64,000 bases of DNA. It comes from an uncultured Pseudomonadota bacterium. GTDB taxonomy: Bacteria > Pseudomonadota > Alphaproteobacteria > JACZXZ01. The notes beneath the pieces are model-generated. The model searched no databases, was not told the origin of the DNA, and was given only the letters and a program-made list of their open reading frames with translations. Made by a program: the position numbers and the translations under genes. Shown one piece after another: positions 60,753 to 64,000 of the stretch; the stretch's first letter is position 1; every line of letters starts with the position of its first letter. The stretch is from positions 672,001 through 736,000 of the forward strand of contig CAVVLJ010000017.1 in the NCBI GenBank assembly GCA_963749075.1. The letters are read 5' to 3'.

Positions 60753-61694
60753 TCAAACGGTCTTGAGGAAGGCCTCGATGTCGGCCGGCGTCTGCAGCGA
60801 CACCGCGTCGAGCTCGCGCGCGATGCGCCGCGTCAGTCCCGACAGCACCTTGCCCGAGCCGATCTCGACGAGCTGCGCGATCTCGGCCTCCTTCATCGCG
60901 AGCACGCATTCGCGCCAGCGCACGCGCGCCGTCACCTGCTCGACGAGGAGGTTCCTGATCGCCAGCACGTCGCTCACCGCGGCCGCCGTCACGTTGGCGA
61001 CGAGGGGGACCGCCGGCGCCTCCATGGCGACGCGCGCGAGCGCCTCAGCCATGGCGTCGGCCGCCGGCCGCATGAGCGCGCAATGGAAGGGGGCGCTCAC
61101 CGGCAGCATGATGGCGCGCGCGCCGGCGCGCGTTTGCGCGAGCTTGACCGCGCGCTCGACCGCCGACTTGTGACCGCTCACCACCACCTGTCCCGGCGCA
61201 TTGTCGTTGGCGACCGCGAGGACCTCGTCCTCGGCCGCCTCCTTGGCGATCTCCTCGGCCGCGGCGAGATCGCTGCCGAGGAGGGCCGCCATGGCCCCCT
61301 CCCCCACGGGCACGGCCTTCTGCATCGCCTGGCCGCGCGTCTTGAGGAGGCGCGCCGCGTCGGCGAGCGCGAAGGTGGCGGCAGCTGCTAGCGCCGAGTA
61401 CTCGCCGAGCGAATGGCCCGCCACCAGATCGGCACCCTCGGGCAGCGCCAGGCCGCCGTCCGTGGCCAGCACGCGATAGGCGGCGAGGCTCGCGGTCATC
61501 AGCGCCGGCTGGGCGTTCTCGGTCAGCGTGAGCTCGCTTTCCGGCCCCTCGAACATCAGCCTGGAGAGCCGCTGGCCGAGCGCCTCGTCGACCTCCTCGA
61601 AGACGAGGCGCGCCGTGGGGAAGCTCTCGTAGAGCTCGCGGCCCATGCCGACGGCCTGTGAACCTTGTCCGGGAAAGACGAATGCGCGCGCCAT
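60753..61694 (-). CDS. fabD: Malonyl-CoA:ACP transacylase
   Basis: FPGQGSQ, QPAL, GHSLGEYSAL, VSAPFHC. Confidence 0.97.
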   Translation of the reverse strand: MARAFVFPGQGSQAVGMGRELYESFPTARLVFEEVDEALGQRLSRLMFEGPESELTLTENAQPALMTASLAAYRVLATDGGLALPEGADLVAGHSLGEYSALAAAATFALADAARLLKTRGQAMQKAVPVGEGAMAALLGSDLAAAEEIAKEAAEDEVLAVANDNAPGQVVVSGHKSAVERAVKLAQTRAGARAIMLPVSAPFHCALMRPAADAMAEALARVAMEAPAVPLVANVTAAAVSDVLAIRNLLVEQVTARVRWRECVLAMKEAEIAQLVEIGSGKVLSGLTRRIARELDAVSLQTPADIEAFLKTV

Positions 61695-61913
61695 GAAAAC
61701 CGGGGAAATTGGCCTGCGGCCGGCCGGCCGGCCGAACCGGGGCAGGAACTCATAGCGTCAAATGCGCACATGTCAAGCAAAGCCGACGCCAGGCAGGGGC
61801 CTCGGCAAGCAAAAGCCAAGGAATCGCGGCACCTCCGCCGGGCGGGATGGCGCCCGCATTGTTGATCGGGATATCGAGCGGCGCCCCGTCGCGCGAGAGG
61901 CTGCACGCAGGTA

Positions 61914-62924
61914 CTAGGTGCTGAACGCGCGCGCCGCAGCCCGCACCTTCTCCGCGTCGAAGGCGTTGAAGCGCTCGACGAAGGCCGCCGTGTAGAAGAG
62001 CTTGGGATCGAGCCGGCGGTGGACGGCGCCCGACGCCATGAGAAAATCCTGCCAGGCCACGATCTCGCTCTCCTCGATCGTGCCCCAGCGCGGGTCGGGG
62101 TCGGCCGGAGCGATGGCGAAGGCCGCGAGCCGCGCCTTCATGATCTCGAGATCGCGGCAGAGGATGCGGTCGTGCTCGGCCCGGCTCGGCCGCGTCTCGG
62201 GATGCTGCCGCCACATGAGACGCACCGCGGCCTCGGGGTTCTCGAGCGCGAAGACGATCGCCTTGGCGATCGCGCGGCCGCTCCCGATCAGCGCCAAGCC
62301 GTGATCCTCGAGGTAGGTTTGCGCGGTCCACAGGCACGAGGAGAGACGGATGCGGTCGAGCGCCCGCGACGGCAGGCGCCGGAGCGGCAGCCCTTCTGCT
62401 ACGAAGTCGCCGTGGTTCCAATCGATGAGGAAGACCGCATCGACCTCGCCTTTCCTGAGAGGTTCCAGCATCGCGCGCGTCGCCATGCCCGAGCCGCGCC
62501 AGGGCACCCAGCGGTAGCTGCCGGGTGCAACGCCTTCCTCGGCGAGCGCCGCCTCGGCGAGCGGCTGCAAATGGGCAAAGTCGCAGGCCAAGACCTTGCC
62601 CGCGAGGTCCGGCAGCGCCTTGAGCGGGCTCTCCGGCACCACCGCGAACCAACGGTGCGTGCGCCGCGCCTTGCCGTAGAAGGCGACCATGGGCAGGCCC
62701 TCGTCGCGGCCGAGGAGACCCACGGTCGTGTTGAGCGAGGCGATGTGGCAGGTGCCGCTTGAGAGGGCCGCCGCCGTGGCGCCGGGCTCGCCGCCGTAAT
62801 AGATGTCGAACTCGAGGCCTTCCTCGCGGTCGTAGCCGAGCGCCGCGGCGGCGCTGAAATAGCCGTTCGCCGCCGTCATGCCCGGCGGCGTGGCGACGCC
62901 GATCGTGACCTTTTCGCGTGCCAT
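61914..62924 (-). CDS. NMT1/THI5/SsuA-like substrate-binding-fold protein, no obvious signal peptide
   Basis: A...GY..EEGL, DL.GK, G.VDA, NPE.AV...W...PE, FYT..FV...N.FD. Confidence 0.7.
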   Translation of the reverse strand: MAREKVTIGVATPPGMTAANGYFSAAAALGYDREEGLEFDIYYGGEPGATAAALSSGTCHIASLNTTVGLLGRDEGLPMVAFYGKARRTHRWFAVVPESPLKALPDLAGKVLACDFAHLQPLAEAALAEEGVAPGSYRWVPWRGSGMATRAMLEPLRKGEVDAVFLIDWNHGDFVAEGLPLRRLPSRALDRIRLSSCLWTAQTYLEDHGLALIGSGRAIAKAIVFALENPEAAVRLMWRQHPETRPSRAEHDRILCRDLEIMKARLAAFAIAPADPDPRWGTIEESEIVAWQDFLMASGAVHRRLDPKLFYTAAFVERFNAFDAEKVRAAARAFST

Positions 62925-63050
62925 GCGCAGCGTTCCCCCTCGAACTATCGGCGGTGCACGATACTCGCGGTGACGAGGAGCGCCGCTCATTTTGGCAGAG
63001 CCGTCTTTTAGGGAGTGCTGCGGAAAGCTGTCAAGGCGGCGCCGCGCCGA

Positions 63051-63080
63051 TCTCCCTCTTCTCCTGAAGGAGGAGAGGGG
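63051..63080. repeat. Single-hairpin copy of the CCCTCTCC/GGAGAGGG repeat
   Basis: gatctccctcttctcct-ga-aggaggagaggg, nearly identical to the left end of copy 1 (gatctccctctcctcct-tt-aggaggagaggg). Confidence 0.7.
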
Positions 63081-63087
63081 GTGCCCC

Positions 63088-63999
63088 TCAGAACACCGGC
63101 ACGATGTCCGCCGGGTCGAAGGGCACGGCCGCGCCGTCGATGCCGATCTCGGGGATGCCGGGAAACGTGATGCCGTGGGGCTCGACGAGGCCCTTCATGC
63201 GCAGGAGTGCCGTCCGCCAGTTCTCGCGGCGCTCCTCGAGGCTGAGGATGCCGAGGCCGGCGCCGCGCGCCGCCTCCTCGAGGAGGCGGTGGGCCGGGCG
63301 CCAGGTGGCGGGGAGCTCCCAGAACTCGGCCGGAGGCTCGTAGAGGATGCCCGAGAGGAAGATGAAGCCGGCGCGGAGTTGCTTGGTAATGGTTGCCTTC
63401 TCGGACGGCGCCAGCTTGGGGAGGATGTTCTCGAGGAGGGTCAGGCAGATGCGCAGGTGGCGCGATTCGTCCTGGCCCACGCGGCGGAAGGCCTCCTTGA
63501 AGACGGGGATCGTGGAGCGCTGGTGCATCTGCTGGAAAAGCGTCGCGGCGGCGATCTCGCCCATGAGGAAGGAGGTGAAGAGGATCGCCAGCGGATGGCG
63601 GCCAATGCCGCCCTTGAAGGCCTGCCAATAGCGCGCACCGTTGTGGAAGTACCAGCGCACGTTGTTTTGCGCCAAGCGGCCGAGCGGGGTCTCCGGCACG
63701 AAGCCGAGCGGGCCGCCGGGCGTCATGATCTCGATGGCGCGCTGGCACACCTCCTCGTGGTTCACCTCGTCGCGGGTGATGAGGAAGAAGCACTTGCGCA
63801 CCGGGTCCTCGGCATGGGTCTCGTAAGTGTGGATCATGGCGCGCGCGAAGACCGCGGGGCCCGAGCTGTCGAAGACCGAGAGGAGGCCGAACCAATAGGC
63901 GATTGCATAGCGCTGGTCGAGGGTGAAGGCCGCGGGGTCGAGCGTCTCCCAGGGGAGCTTGTTGGGGAACCACGTCTGCTCGCGCGCCGCGTCGTAGAG
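63088..63999 (-). CDS. Ferritin-like di-metal carboxylate protein, 5' truncated by the window edge
   Basis: Frame open to the window end (LYDAAREQTWFPNKLPW...); ligand pattern FDSSG, RDEVNH, MGEIAA, QDESRH. Confidence 0.75.
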   Translation of the reverse strand, partial: LYDAAREQTWFPNKLPWETLDPAAFTLDQRYAIAYWFGLLSVFDSSGPAVFARAMIHTYETHAEDPVRKCFFLITRDEVNHEEVCQRAIEIMTPGGPLGFVPETPLGRLAQNNVRWYFHNGARYWQAFKGGIGRHPLAILFTSFLMGEIAAATLFQQMHQRSTIPVFKEAFRRVGQDESRHLRICLTLLENILPKLAPSEKATITKQLRAGFIFLSGILYEPPAEFWELPATWRPAHRLLEEAARGAGLGILSLEERRENWRTALLRMKGLVEPHGITFPGIPEIGIDGAAVPFDPADIVPVF

Positions 64000-64000
64000 C

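Overview
High-GC (about 70%) alphaproteobacterial chromosome segment. Gene order and protein style suggest a Rhodospirillales-like organism; this is inference. Most of the window is conserved core: ctpA, rpmG, dinB, aspS, rnd, ppx-ppk1, hdaA, purMN, ndk, holC-pepA, lptG-lptD-surA-pdxA-rsmA, gmk-yicC and mltG-fabF-acpP-fabG-fabD. Accessory inserts sit between these blocks. (1) A ppk2 lies between aspS and rnd and adds to a polyphosphate neighbourhood (ppk2, ppx, ppk1, sixA, CYTH-CHAD). (2) A low-GC HNH-nuclease gene is split in mid-motif by an IS5-family element and followed by a 145-bp MITE. (3) A two-gene unit encodes a protein with motif-level resemblance to animal FAM78 proteins plus a small secreted Cys-containing partner; this is the best candidate for an undescribed system. 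(4) A lipid A remodelling cluster (PagL-like, LpxF-like, ArnT/Rgt-like, LpxE-like) precedes an lpt operon in which lptF appears reduced to a 35-codon stub. (5) A higBA module. (6) A ferritin-like di-metal protein next to a signal-less NMT1/SsuA-like protein. Other oddities: purM appears to start at ATT, two +1 frameshifts share the same GACGTC>GAACGTC change (probably a systematic sequencing error), and there are several palindromic intergenic repeats. All assignments come from motif recognition by eye; no database searches were run.
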